Shown here: in pieces, positions 25,736-36,342 of the stretch
Numbering within the stretch: the stretch's first letter is position 1
Layout of the letters: every line of letters begins with the position of its first letter
NCBI GenBank assembly: GCA_964016885.1
Contig: OZ024757.1
Location: 30,442,001 to 30,506,000 of the forward strand
Length of the DNA stretch: 64,000 nt
Direction of reading: 5' to 3'
From: Eledone cirrhosa
Taxonomy: Eukaryota
Translations under genes and position numbers: made by a program
Notes under the pieces: model-generated
Seen by the model: only the letters and a program-made list of their open reading frames with translations
The model's database searches: none
Told to the model about the DNA's origin: nothing

Positions 25736-25856
25736 CCAAGAACTGGGGTCATCTGCCAATGGGACACTTTACCCCTTCCCTGTGGCCACACCCTTAAACC
25801 TGGAGTCCATCAAGGTACGTATTAGTCAGATTTGTATCTATATTTTTAATTATTTG

Positions 25857-26596
25857 TTGACAAAATAATATATGTAAACGGCATAAATGGAAGTAATTCA
25901 GGTGTGAATATATATTTTTCATTAGAAAATTGTTAATGTGTTGCTGGTGATATATGTGTATTATTACGGGGTAGTTATGGTTGTCAATCGAAAACCGATG
26001 GTGACTGTCTTGTTCTTCTCTTGTGGATCATTGGGTGACTGTACATATGTCAGTTCCTGCCTCCTTTGGTGACTGTAAAGGCAGTACATATTTCAGTGGA
26101 AGTGTTGTGTGTATCACACCTCAGTGTCCTTCTAGGACTGAGAACACTCAAGTTAAATGTCCTCCCCTCTCAAAGGTTCAATGTCCTCTCTGGCTTGTAA
26201 GATCGTCTCTGTGGTTAACGCTCGCTTAGAGGGCCAAAGGCATGTACATAAGGTCGCCAAAAAAGCGGTTAAAAGACATGTCTAACCTGTATAATCTTCT
26301 ATGGCTATCGCTCGACTGTAAACAAAGCTGGCTACCCTCTTGCGTCTCAATCGCAACATCTTTTAGACATCAAAGGGTCCTGAATTGTAGAAAGGGTCCT
26401 GAATTGTAGAAAGGGTCACCATCGAACTTCGATAAACCCCCATAATTAAACTCCTTAAACAATCCGTTGGCAGACATCGAAAACCCCGTCTTCGCAGCAC
26501 CACCAATGCATTAATAATTGTCTTATGAAAAAAATATTTGAATCCAGAATTACTTCCCTTTGTTCCGTTTGCATATATTAATTTTTTTTTGATCAA
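25857..26596. repeat. Unidentified inverted-repeat-flanked cassette (copy 2, longest)
   Basis: Same termini as 23588-24185 with fewer internal deletions. Confidence 0.7.
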
Positions 26597-27014
26597 AATT
26601 TTTCCAAAGTAGGCATAAGTACCACTATTTAACTCAGTAGAATTGCGGCCTTCGCGGTGGCGTGCGAACTGCGTCTCGTTCTACCAGTCCCCCTGTCTGG
26701 CGTTCGATTCGTAGTGGCGTACGATTGCATAGGCCTGGGACTATTCGGGGCCGGCACATAGATGCAAGGCCCGTCCCTGACCACCGTGAAGAATTCTTTT
26801 TCAAAATTTCAATAATATGCAAATGAGTTTGAAGTTCATTTACATATTAGAAAGAATCTTAATATATATAGAGAATCTTAATTACACACTTCAAGCTTCA
26901 TTTACATATCTAATTTGCTCATTTGCATATTAGAAGAAATTTTTTCTTAGAAATATATTAGAGAGAATCTTAATTACACTTTTGAAGTTTCATTTACATA
27001 TTAGAAGAAAACCT

Positions 27015-27760
27015 TAGATGTTAATTACATTCTTGGAAGACAGTTGGATTCGAACCTTCTTAACATAGTTTCTTAGAACCCTTCAAAGTTAATTACATTT
27101 TTGGAAGACAGTTTGATTTGAACCTTCTTAATATAGTTTCTTGGAACCTGAGGGTTAATTACATTTTTGGAAGACAGTTTGATTTGAACCTTCTTAATAT
27201 AGTTTCTTAGAACCCTTAAGGTTTAATTACATTTTTGGAAGACAGTTGGATTAGAACCTTCTTTCTTAAGACAGTTTAGAACATTCTTAATATAGTTTCT
27301 TAGAACCCTTGAGGGTTAATTATATTTTTGGAAGGCAGTTGGATTAGAACCTTCTTTCTTAACTTACATTCTTGGAAGACAGTGGATTAGAACCTTAGAT
27401 ACTTCTTCCTACATTCTAAACTTGACTCTTAGATTCTAACCCTTGATACTTCTTACTACATTCTTGACTTAGATTCGAACCTTTGATACTTTCTTAGAAC
27501 CCACGATGGTTACTACATTCTTGGAAGACAGTTGGATTCGAACCTGAGATACTTTCTTTACATACTTGAAGGTTTTTATTACATTTTTGTTACTTAGAAC
27601 CCTTGATGGTTAATTAGATTCTTACACGACTGTTGGATTCAAACCCTCAATGATACTTTCTACATTGTTGACATTTTTTATTGATACTTACTTTTATTCC
27701 CTTGGTGGTACTTACTATTAGATTCGAACCCCTGATGGTTCTTTCTTTAAATTCCTTTTT
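27015..27760. repeat. Second degenerate GGATTCGAACC array
   Basis: Collinear with 24255-24810, plus extra units of about 59 bp at 27020-27330. Confidence 0.85.
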
Positions 27761-29499
27761 TTTTTCCCTGAAAATAGAACCATTGTTTATTGGACAACCA
27801 TTTTTGGAGCGACTGTTAGATTCGAAACCTTGATGCAGCTGTTTAAAATAGGTTTTACCTTCATTCCAGGAATAAATAAATAACACAATAAAGTATGATA
27901 CAATTGTTTTATTACAGACTTAGTTCATACAGAACACTTGTGTGGCTGGACATATCTGTAAGGGAGAAACATAAGAGAAGAATTAAACAATATTTCTCGT
28001 GTATTTAAATACATTTTTGTCAATAAAAACACATTGAATTCTATTTTATGAAGTTCTTATTTATTATTGATGTTCATAATTGAAACAACAATAAAAGATA
28101 TTTGTATGTACATGTATAAATAACCCCAGGTGTCTGAATTTCGTTTATGTACGTTCTAACGAGGAGCAAGAAGATAAGATTTCCCCCATCGACAAAGTCA
28201 AATGGGAGAGACTTCTTGTGTGTAAAGATTGCAAGAGGTGGGCAGCGTTTGGAAAAGTCCTCCAAGTTCCCAATCGAAGTGGGACTATTCTGGGCCGGCA
28301 CATTGAGGCACGGTCCGTCCAAGACCACCGTGAGGGGCAATGGAGCAAATCATAAGAGGAAGAGCAACACATCTGGATTCGACAGCAGATAGGAATGAAC
28401 TTAATCGAGACCATCAAGAAGGGCAAACATAGATCGACTGGCCACGTCTCTCGCCTGCTCAGAGTCAATAGGTAAACTATTAGAGTGGAACTAGTGTGTA
28501 TATATTTATTACCAGCAAGTAAAAATGGTTCAGTGTCTGACAAAATAATCAACCCTGTTCTTGGATTATTAAGACGTCTATTAACCTCTAAAGGGTCTTT
28601 GGAGTAACATTACTTGTTGATAGGGCTACAACTTCTCTGAATGGAGAGATCACAGCTCCAATTGTACAGACATTTGGTTAAAATGTCAAAGGAAAGATTT
28701 TATGGGAAAAACCAACTAGCAATGGACACAGGAGTAGACTCCAAGCAAGATAGTTGGATAACAGCTTTGAGCTCGGTTGGTCCCGTTTGGGGATCCAGCC
28801 ATATCAATTGCAGATGGCTCCTTCAGACAGGACCTATCGAAAGGAGTACTTGAAGACTCTTCCCCTGGATCATCCCAAGAATAAGTGGACAAAGAAGAGG
28901 AGAAGGCAGTTCTGTTAATTGAACAACTGGAAAACATATCAGAACCAGTAGTGGTTAGTTCCAATAAGGATTCTAAAGAATAAACAAAAAAATAGAGAGA
29001 AGGGAAAAGAGCACCATAGCGCACTAACACTACACACAATAACTGATGTTGCCTGTGTAGATTTCAAAAATATTGAATAGTATTTTTTTCAGTTAATTAT
29101 TCAGTAAGTATACATAACTGATATGAGAAATAAAAAAAGAAAATTAATCAGTTTTATTTGAAATTAGTATTTAAAAAACCTGTTGAACCCATGCAAGAAT
29201 GGAAAAGCAGATGTATAACGACAATGATGAATATACACGTATATAATATATACCGTATTTTCATTATTAGTTTGTCAAAAGTATAATTTTTCTTGTTATA
29301 ACATAGTTCCACTATTTATACATGAGGCACATGGCTTAGTGGTTAGAGCAATCGAAAGGTTGTGAGTTCAATTCTCAGACCGGGTGATGTATTGTTTCCT
29401 TGAGCAAGACACTTTATTTCACATTGCTCCAGTTTACTCAGCTGTAGAAATGAGATGATAGGGACTGCGATCCCTATCATTACACTGCAAAGTGGTCGT

Positions 29500-29645
29500 G
29501 GTGCCACAGCAAAAAAGCACCCAGCACTCACTGTAAATGAGGTTGGTGTTAGGAAGGGCATCCAGCTGTAGAAATCAAGCCAGAATCAGTTCCTGTCCGA
29601 CCCTTGCAAGCAGGGAAAAAGCGGACGTAAAATGAAATGATGATA
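29500..29645 (+). mobile_element. SINE/LINE-tail repeat with Meta-like domain and (ATG)n tail (also about 1800, 13180, 19240, 32090, 34350, 39905-, 40700, 57440)
   Basis: AAAAGCACCCAG...TTAGGAAGGGCATCCAGCTGTAGAAA...GGAAAA-CGGACGTAAAATGATGAT. Confidence 0.6.
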
Positions 29646-30099
29646 CGTATATATATATATACACACAGACTTAGTCGTTTATGTATAGTGCGTAGCTTGG
29701 AGATCAGAGCTCTGATACTATTAGAAGGTCTCAGGAAAGAATTGCTGGACAGATTTTATGGTCGAAACCAAGAGGTAGACCCAAGCAAGATGGTTGGATA
29801 ACATCCATGAGCTCAGCTGGTCACGCTTGGGGATCCAACCAAATCAGTTGCTTCTGTCAAGGCCCGCTGGAGGATGTGTTTGCGGCCTCTGCCCCCAACT
29901 ACCTTCTTAGGAATAAGTTGGCGAAGAAAAGATATAAATATATACACACAAATACAAGTGTCTGTGTATGTATAAATATATAATTCATAAACATAGCTTT
30001 GTTAATGTTTAGAAACCCAATTTTGCTTATCGGGTACGTGGGTTACTTGGAATATTAAATACATAAAAATATAGAATCAAAACATTAATTCAAAAGTGT

Positions 30100-30340
30100 C
30101 AAATGGTCACACACTACAAGGGGTGCCGGACCCGTCCTCTAATAACACTAGCAGTATTACTGTGGGTGACAGCGAGACTAGGGCGCTTGTACAACCAAGA
30201 ACCCTCACAATATCAACTGATACCTCGGTAAGGCGAGCTCCCAGCAATCACAAGAGGTTCGTTGTCAGTGACTCAGCTCCCCCAAATGTCTCAAACCCCA
30301 CAGGGTGGTAAAATAGTGTGCAGATAATTGCCAATATACA
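30100..30340 (-). mobile_element. CRE-clade non-LTR retrotransposon 3' fragment (restriction-like endonuclease); copies at about 32692-32932 and 41095-41335
   Basis: Minus strand, allowing frameshifts: YWQLSAHYF-YHPVGFETFGGA...LLGARLTEVSVD / EGSWLYKRPSLAVTHSNTASVI. This matches the CRE C-terminal pattern P-x-x-x-ET-x-G...QRLS-x-A-x-x-RGNA-x-S. Confidence 0.65.
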
Positions 30341-30559
30341 ACTGTACATTTATATTATATTTCTATACAATTATACATGGTTAGGGTTAAAGAATTATCT
30401 AGAATAAACTGGTTTATTTGTCAAATTGTTTAAACCTCGGATATTTCAGACAACGTGGTCGGCACTAGAACATCGAGGCCTGACTAGCGACAGCAAAGAA
30501 ATAATCAATTTTTTCGCAAATTCAAACATTTCACCGAATACTATTAATAAAAAAGTATT

Positions 30560-30725
30560 TTATCTTACCTGCAATGGTACTTATGTATATATGACTCTGT
30601 GTTTATTATAAAATATCTTTAATTACAAAAAAATTTCAGCAGACGACGTGAGAACAGCTTCCAACAAACATGGGCACAGCTGAAAAGGAAGTGGCAAGTA
30701 CGCGCATGCGTGCGCACACACCTCT
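30560..30725 (-). promoter_or_regulatory. Orphan ZNF-type promoter/first exon (copies at about 33152-33315 and 41555-41718)
   Basis: On +, GGAAGTGG...CGCGCATGCGTGCGCA; donor CAG|GTAAGA on - near 30568. Downstream 30350-30430 is homologous to the ZNF-3 intron (7090-7150). Confidence 0.5.
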
Positions 30726-33700
30726 CTAACAAAGAAAACCACAAAACCTTCTACTTTCAAACATGAAAAAAATAACTGCGCCTGTTTTTTTATGTTACGA
30801 CTATCATACTTGTCTTCCTCTCGACAATATCGGTAGAGCGTCGGCAATCATGCTTTACAGCATAGAGTTATGGCCTTTTATGTTCTGAGTTCAAATGCCG
30901 CCGAGGTTAACTTTGCTTTTTATCCTTACGGGGTCCATAAAAATTAAGTACCAGTAATGCACTGGCGTAACTGCTGGCCTTGTGCCAAAAGAAAAAACAA
31001 TTATTGTTGTTTTTGTGGGTAGCGGAGCTGGTAATAATGTAGTTGTTCTTGTTAGTGTTGCCGTTGGTAATGTTATTGGTAGGGAATTGGGAGTGGTTGT
31101 ATTTCTGCCAACCCTTACATATGGTCATGAATCTTGGGTAATGACCGAAAGAGAACAATTGGCTGAAATAGGGGTTCTTCTAAAGAGTCTTTGGAGTAAC
31201 ATTACTTGTTGATAGAGCTACAACTTCTCTGAATGGGGAGATCACAGCTCCAATAGTACAGACATTTGGTTAAAATGTCAAAGGAAAGATTTTATGGGAA
31301 AAACCAACTAGCAATGGACACAGGAGTAGACTCCAAGCAAGATAGTTGGATAACGTCTATGAGTTCGGCTGGTCCCGTTTGGGGATCCAGCCATATCAAT
31401 TGCAGATGGCTCCTTCAGACAGGACCTATCGAAAGGAGTACTTGAAGACTCTTCCCCTGGATCATCCCAAGAATAAGTGGACAAAGAAGAGGAGAAGGCA
31501 GTTCTGTTAATTGAACAACTGGAAAACATATCAGAACCAGTAGTGGTTAGTTCCAATAAGGATTCTAAAGAATAAACAAAAAAATAGAGAGAAGGGAAAA
31601 GAGCACCATAGCGCACTAACACTACACACAATAACTGATGTTGCCTGTGTAGATTTCAAAAATATTGAATAGTATTTTTTTCAGTTAATTATTCAGTAAG
31701 TATACATAACTGATATGAGAAATAAAAAAAGAAAACTAATCAGTTTTATTTGAAATTAGTATTTAAAAAACCTGTTGAACCCATGCAAGAATGGAAAAGC
31801 AGATGTATAACGACAATGATGAATATACACGTATATAATATATACCGTATTTTCATTATTAGTTTGTCAAAAGTATAATTTTTCTTGTTATAACATAGTT
31901 CCACTATTTATACATGAGGCACATGGCTTAGTGGTTAGAGCAATCGAAAGGTTGTGAGTTCAATTCTCAGACCGGGTGATGTATTGTTTCCTTGAGCAAG
32001 ACACTTTATTTCACATTGCTCCAGTTTACTCAGCTGTAGAAATGAGATGATAGGGACTGCGATCCCTATCATTACACTGCAAAGTGGTCGTGGTGCCACA
32101 GCAAAAAAGCACCCAGCACTCACTGTAAATGAGGTTGGTGTTAGGAAGGGCATCCAGCTGTAGAAATCAAGCCAGAATCAGTTCCTGTCCGACCCTTGCA
32201 AGCAGGGAAAAAGCGGACGTAAAATGAAATGATGATACGTATATATATATATACACACAGACTTAGTCGTTTATGTATAGTGCGTAGCTTGGAGATCAGA
32301 GCTCTGATACTATTAGAAGGTCTCAGGAAAGAATTGCTGGACAGATTTTATGGTCGAAACCAAGAGGTAGACCCAAGCAAGATGGTTGGATAACATCCAT
32401 GAGCTCAGCTGGTCACGCTTGGGGATCCAACCAAATCAGTTGCTTCTGTCAAGGCCCGCTGGAGGATGTGTTTGCGGCCTCTGCCCCCAACTCCCTTCTT
32501 AGGAATAAGTGGGCGAAGAAAAGATATAAATATATACACACAAATACAAGTGTCTGTGTATGTATAAATATATAATTCATAAACATAGCTTTGTTAATGT
32601 TTAGAAACCCAATTTTGCTTATCGGGTACGTGGGTTACTTGGAATATTAAATACATAAAAATATAGAATCAAAACATTAATTCAAAAGTGTCAAATGGTC
32701 ACACACTACAAGGGGTGCCGGACCCGTCCTCTAATAACACTAGCAGTATTACTGTGGGTGACAGCGAGACTAGGGCGCTTGTACAACCAAGAACCCTCAC
32801 AATATCAACTGATACCTCGGTAAGGTGAGCTCCCAGCAATCACAAGAGGTTCGTTGTCAGTGACTCAGCTCCCCCAAATGTCTCAAACCCCACAGGGTGG
32901 TAAAATAGTGTGCAGATAATTGCCAATATACAACTGTACATTTATATTATATTTCTATACAATTATACATGGTTAGGGTTAAAGAATTATCTAGAATAAA
33001 CTGGTTTATTTGTCAAATTGTTTAAACCTCGGATATTTCAGACAACGTGGTCGGCACTAGAACATCGAGGCCTGACTAGCGACAGCAAAGAAATAATCAA
33101 TTTTTTCGCAAATTCAAACATTTCACCGAATACTATTAATAAAAAAGTATTTTATCTTACCTGCAATGGTACTTATGCATATATAATTCTGTGTTTATTA
33201 TAAAATATCTTTAACTACAAAAAATTTCTGCAGACGACGTGAAAAAAGCTTCCAACAAACATGGGCACAGCTGAAAAGGAAGTGGCATGTACGCGCATGC
33301 GTGCGCACACACCTATCTAACAAATAAAACCTGAAACATGAAAGAAACTACTCTGGTCACTATATTGTAATTATGTGTCTTCATAACTGCGCCTGTTGTT
33401 TATGTTACGACTATCATACTTCTGTCTTCCTCTTGTCAGTATCGGTAGAGCGTCAGGCACCATGCATTACAGCATAGAGTTATGGCCCTTTACGTTCTGA
33501 GTTCAAATACTGCCGAGGTTAACTTTGCTTTTTATCCTTACGGGGTCCATAAAACTTAAGTACCAGTAATGCACTGGCGTAACTGCTGGCCTTGTGCCAA
33601 AAGAAAAAACAATTACTGTTGTTTTTGTGGGTAGTGGAACTGGTGATAATGTAGTTGTTCTTGTTAGTGTTGGCGTTGGTAATGTTATTGGTAGGGAGTT

Positions 33701-34510
33701 GGGAGTGGTTGTATTTCTGCCCACCCTTACATATGGTCATGAATCTTGGGTAATGACCGAAAGAGAACAATTGGCTGAAATAGGGGTTCTTCTAAAGGGT
33801 CTTTGGAGTAACATTACTTGTTGATAGAGCTACAACTTCTCTGAATGGGGAGATCACAGCTCCAATAGTACAGACATTTGGTTAAAATGTCAAAGGAAAG
33901 ATTTTATGGGAAAAACCAACTAGCAATGGACACAGGAGTAGACTCCAAGCAAGATAGTTGGATAACGTCTATGAGCTCGGCTGGTCCCGTTTGGGTAGCC
34001 AACCATATCAATTGCTTCAGACAGGACCTGTCGAAAGGAATACTTGAAGACTCTTCCCCCCTGGTTCATTCCAAGAATAAGTGGACAAAGAAAAGGAGAA
34101 GGCAGTTCTGTTAATTGAACAACTGGAAAATATATCAGAACCAGTAGTGGTTAGTTCCAATAAGGATTCTAAAGAATAAACAAAAAAAGAAAATAACTGA
34201 TGTTGCCTGTGTAACAGATTTCAAAAATATTGAATAGTATTTTTTTTAGTTAATTATTCAGTAAGTATACATAACTGATATGAGAAATAAAAAAAGAAAA
34301 TTAATCAGTTTTATTTGAAATTAGTATTTAGAAAAGTTGTTTTTGATATACATTGGTTGGTATTAGGAAGGGCATGCAGTTGTAGAAACCAAGCCCAAAT
34401 CAGTTCTGTCTGGGCAAGACATGGTCACCTGACCTAGCATTGCCTACAACAGGACAACCCATCCTAGCGTGGAAAAATTGACGTTAAACAGTGATGATGA
34501 TGATGATACA

Positions 34511-36050
34511 CTAGCAGAAGAGCTGCAGTTTTTTGCTAGCATATTGACATATGTAAATTGACAATATGCACATAAATTGAACAAAGACTGTGTTACACTT
34601 TCTTCTGTAATCGGTAAAGCAATCCATGATACATTAAGAAAAGGCGATAATGAAGATGGAAAAGTTATGAGATTGTTGATGAAAAATGTTCATGAATCTT
34701 CACTTGAGAATGTCGATGGGAAGCTTCAAGCAGTAAATCTGAAAATAGATGCTGCTGGCGTGAATGAATGAATTAACAATATGAAGAGTTAACCTTCGCT
34801 ATATTGTTGTTTTACTGTATTCACATATATACTTCTTAAGTGTTTGTACAGTCCCTTTTCTAGCTATTAGAAAGAAACTTAAATGTATTTCAATTAAAAG
34901 AGAGTGATGCATATTTCACATCACTGTAGAATTTCTTTGTAGACAATTGTCAGCAAACAGACCGTTTTTATTTATCTGGGTTAATATTTTCTTATTTGAA
35001 AAGTCTTGAAAATGCAACATACATCTGACCATGTAAGAAGGAATGTGTTGGTATACACCTATCTTTTCAAATGTCCTTCCCTTGTGCCTTGTATGTAAGG
35101 GCAAAGGCTGGTTTTACAGGAACTTGCAAGTAAATGTGAAAGGGAACTCAAGCTCTTGAGACACATGAGGTATCCTTGGGATTAGCAACCTGGGTCTAGC
35201 ATTGGGCCCAAAAGCCACTTCAGCTTCAATTACATGATTATGTTAAGTGATGATGATGTAGCGTGTAGATGGTCCAGATCTCCCAGAAGCATGAGGAATG
35301 ATTGGTTCTATTTGAAAGCCATAGTAGGTTTGAGTAATTTCCTTAAAGATTTGTATATACAAAATCACACAGTCCAGATAAATTACCATATTCAAGACAA
35401 AGTTCATTTGGCAGAAGAATTGTGAGTGCACCTAAAGTCGGTACAGTAAGAATGTTAGTTTCCCAAATCAAAAATGTAGTTTGCAAACTTTCATCAGAAT
35501 TCCCCGCATTAAGTAACCATCGATTGGTTCTCATCTCCATGGTTTCCACATACTCCCTGACGTACAACTGGAAGAATTTGCTTCCAGTCACCTGATAGTA
35601 ATACTGTTAAGACCACCAAATGGCCTTTTGCAATCTCAAACATCTTTGAAGCTCCTGTCAAGGCATTCGAAGATATGCTTATGTCCCATACTTCTATCAT
35701 TAATGATTAGCAGGTCAGCTTGTTGCATTAGTTTACCTGTGGCATCTCTCTTTTTGAAGGTACAAGTTGATTGGGCAGTCACATTGGAATGAAAAGTTCT
35801 TCCTCTGTGAAGCAAAGTGGCTGCTATACCAGAAATGGCAGTGGCAAGTGGAGTCTTTTTTGGAGATCGGAGGTAATCCAATATGATATGGATGACATAG
35901 GTCTTTCCTGCGCCTGCATTTGCGTTCAAGCAGAAAATTCTACCTTCATTTTCATTTACAGAGGTGATGACTTTGTAGAAAATAACTAGTTGCTCAGGAT
36001 TCAATGTTGGCAGAGTTTTAATAGAAGTGAATCTTGAAATAAGCAATACA
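34511..36050 (-). mobile_element. Helitron PIF1-helicase remnant with probable 3' CTAG end (copy 42914-44453)
   Basis: LNPEQ...NANAGAGKTY (Walker A), ATAISGIAATLLHRGRTFHS, SGDWKQILPVV, IPRIP and FPVKPAFA motifs, frameshifted. CTAG at 34511-34514. Confidence 0.88.
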
Positions 36051-36342
36051 TTATATATAAGATTATTTATGTTTAATCAAGAGCTAACAAATTTAGTAGA
36101 TAAATTACATAATATATTCAAAGTAATCCAACTTATTTTAATGTGATGTACAATAATAAACTAGAGTCTCGCAGTTCTGCAATCATTATATAGAAGACTA
36201 TCATTATATAGAAGACTGAGTTCAAATCCCGCCGAGGTTAACTTTGCCTTTCATCCTTACAGTGTTGATAAAATAAAGTACCAGTAATGTACTGGATAAT
36301 TTTCTGGCCTTGTGCCAATAGTAGAAACAATTATATAGAAGA

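Larger units (their letters stand above)
28588..34330. repeat. About 2.6-kb tandem duplication: copy A 28588-31179, copy B 31180-33791, partial diverged copy C 33792-34330
   Basis: Offset 2592 between matching ORF-track entries (28716/31308, 29343/31935, 30426/33018). Confidence 0.93.

Noticed and set aside
24255-27760. CRISPR array or tRNA gene cluster
   Set aside because: Eukaryotic context, spacers are related to each other, no cas genes, and no cloverleaf or A-box.
29325-29400. tRNA genes at SINE heads
   Set aside because: A/B boxes run into SINE bodies and the acceptor stems do not pair.
30060-30500. Telomerase RNA candidate: template-like TTAACCCTAACC on the minus strand followed by a GC-rich foldable segment and ACA
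   Set aside because: The template-like word lies in intron sequence homologous to 7090-7150 and 38540-38570, where it is not telomeric. The GC-rich part translates as a CRE endonuclease. No convincing pseudoknot or H box was found.
30995-31095. Valine-rich transmembrane-like ORF (30982-31212 and copies)
   Set aside because: Cryptic (GTT/GGT)n simple sequence between a SINE tail and a LINE fragment.
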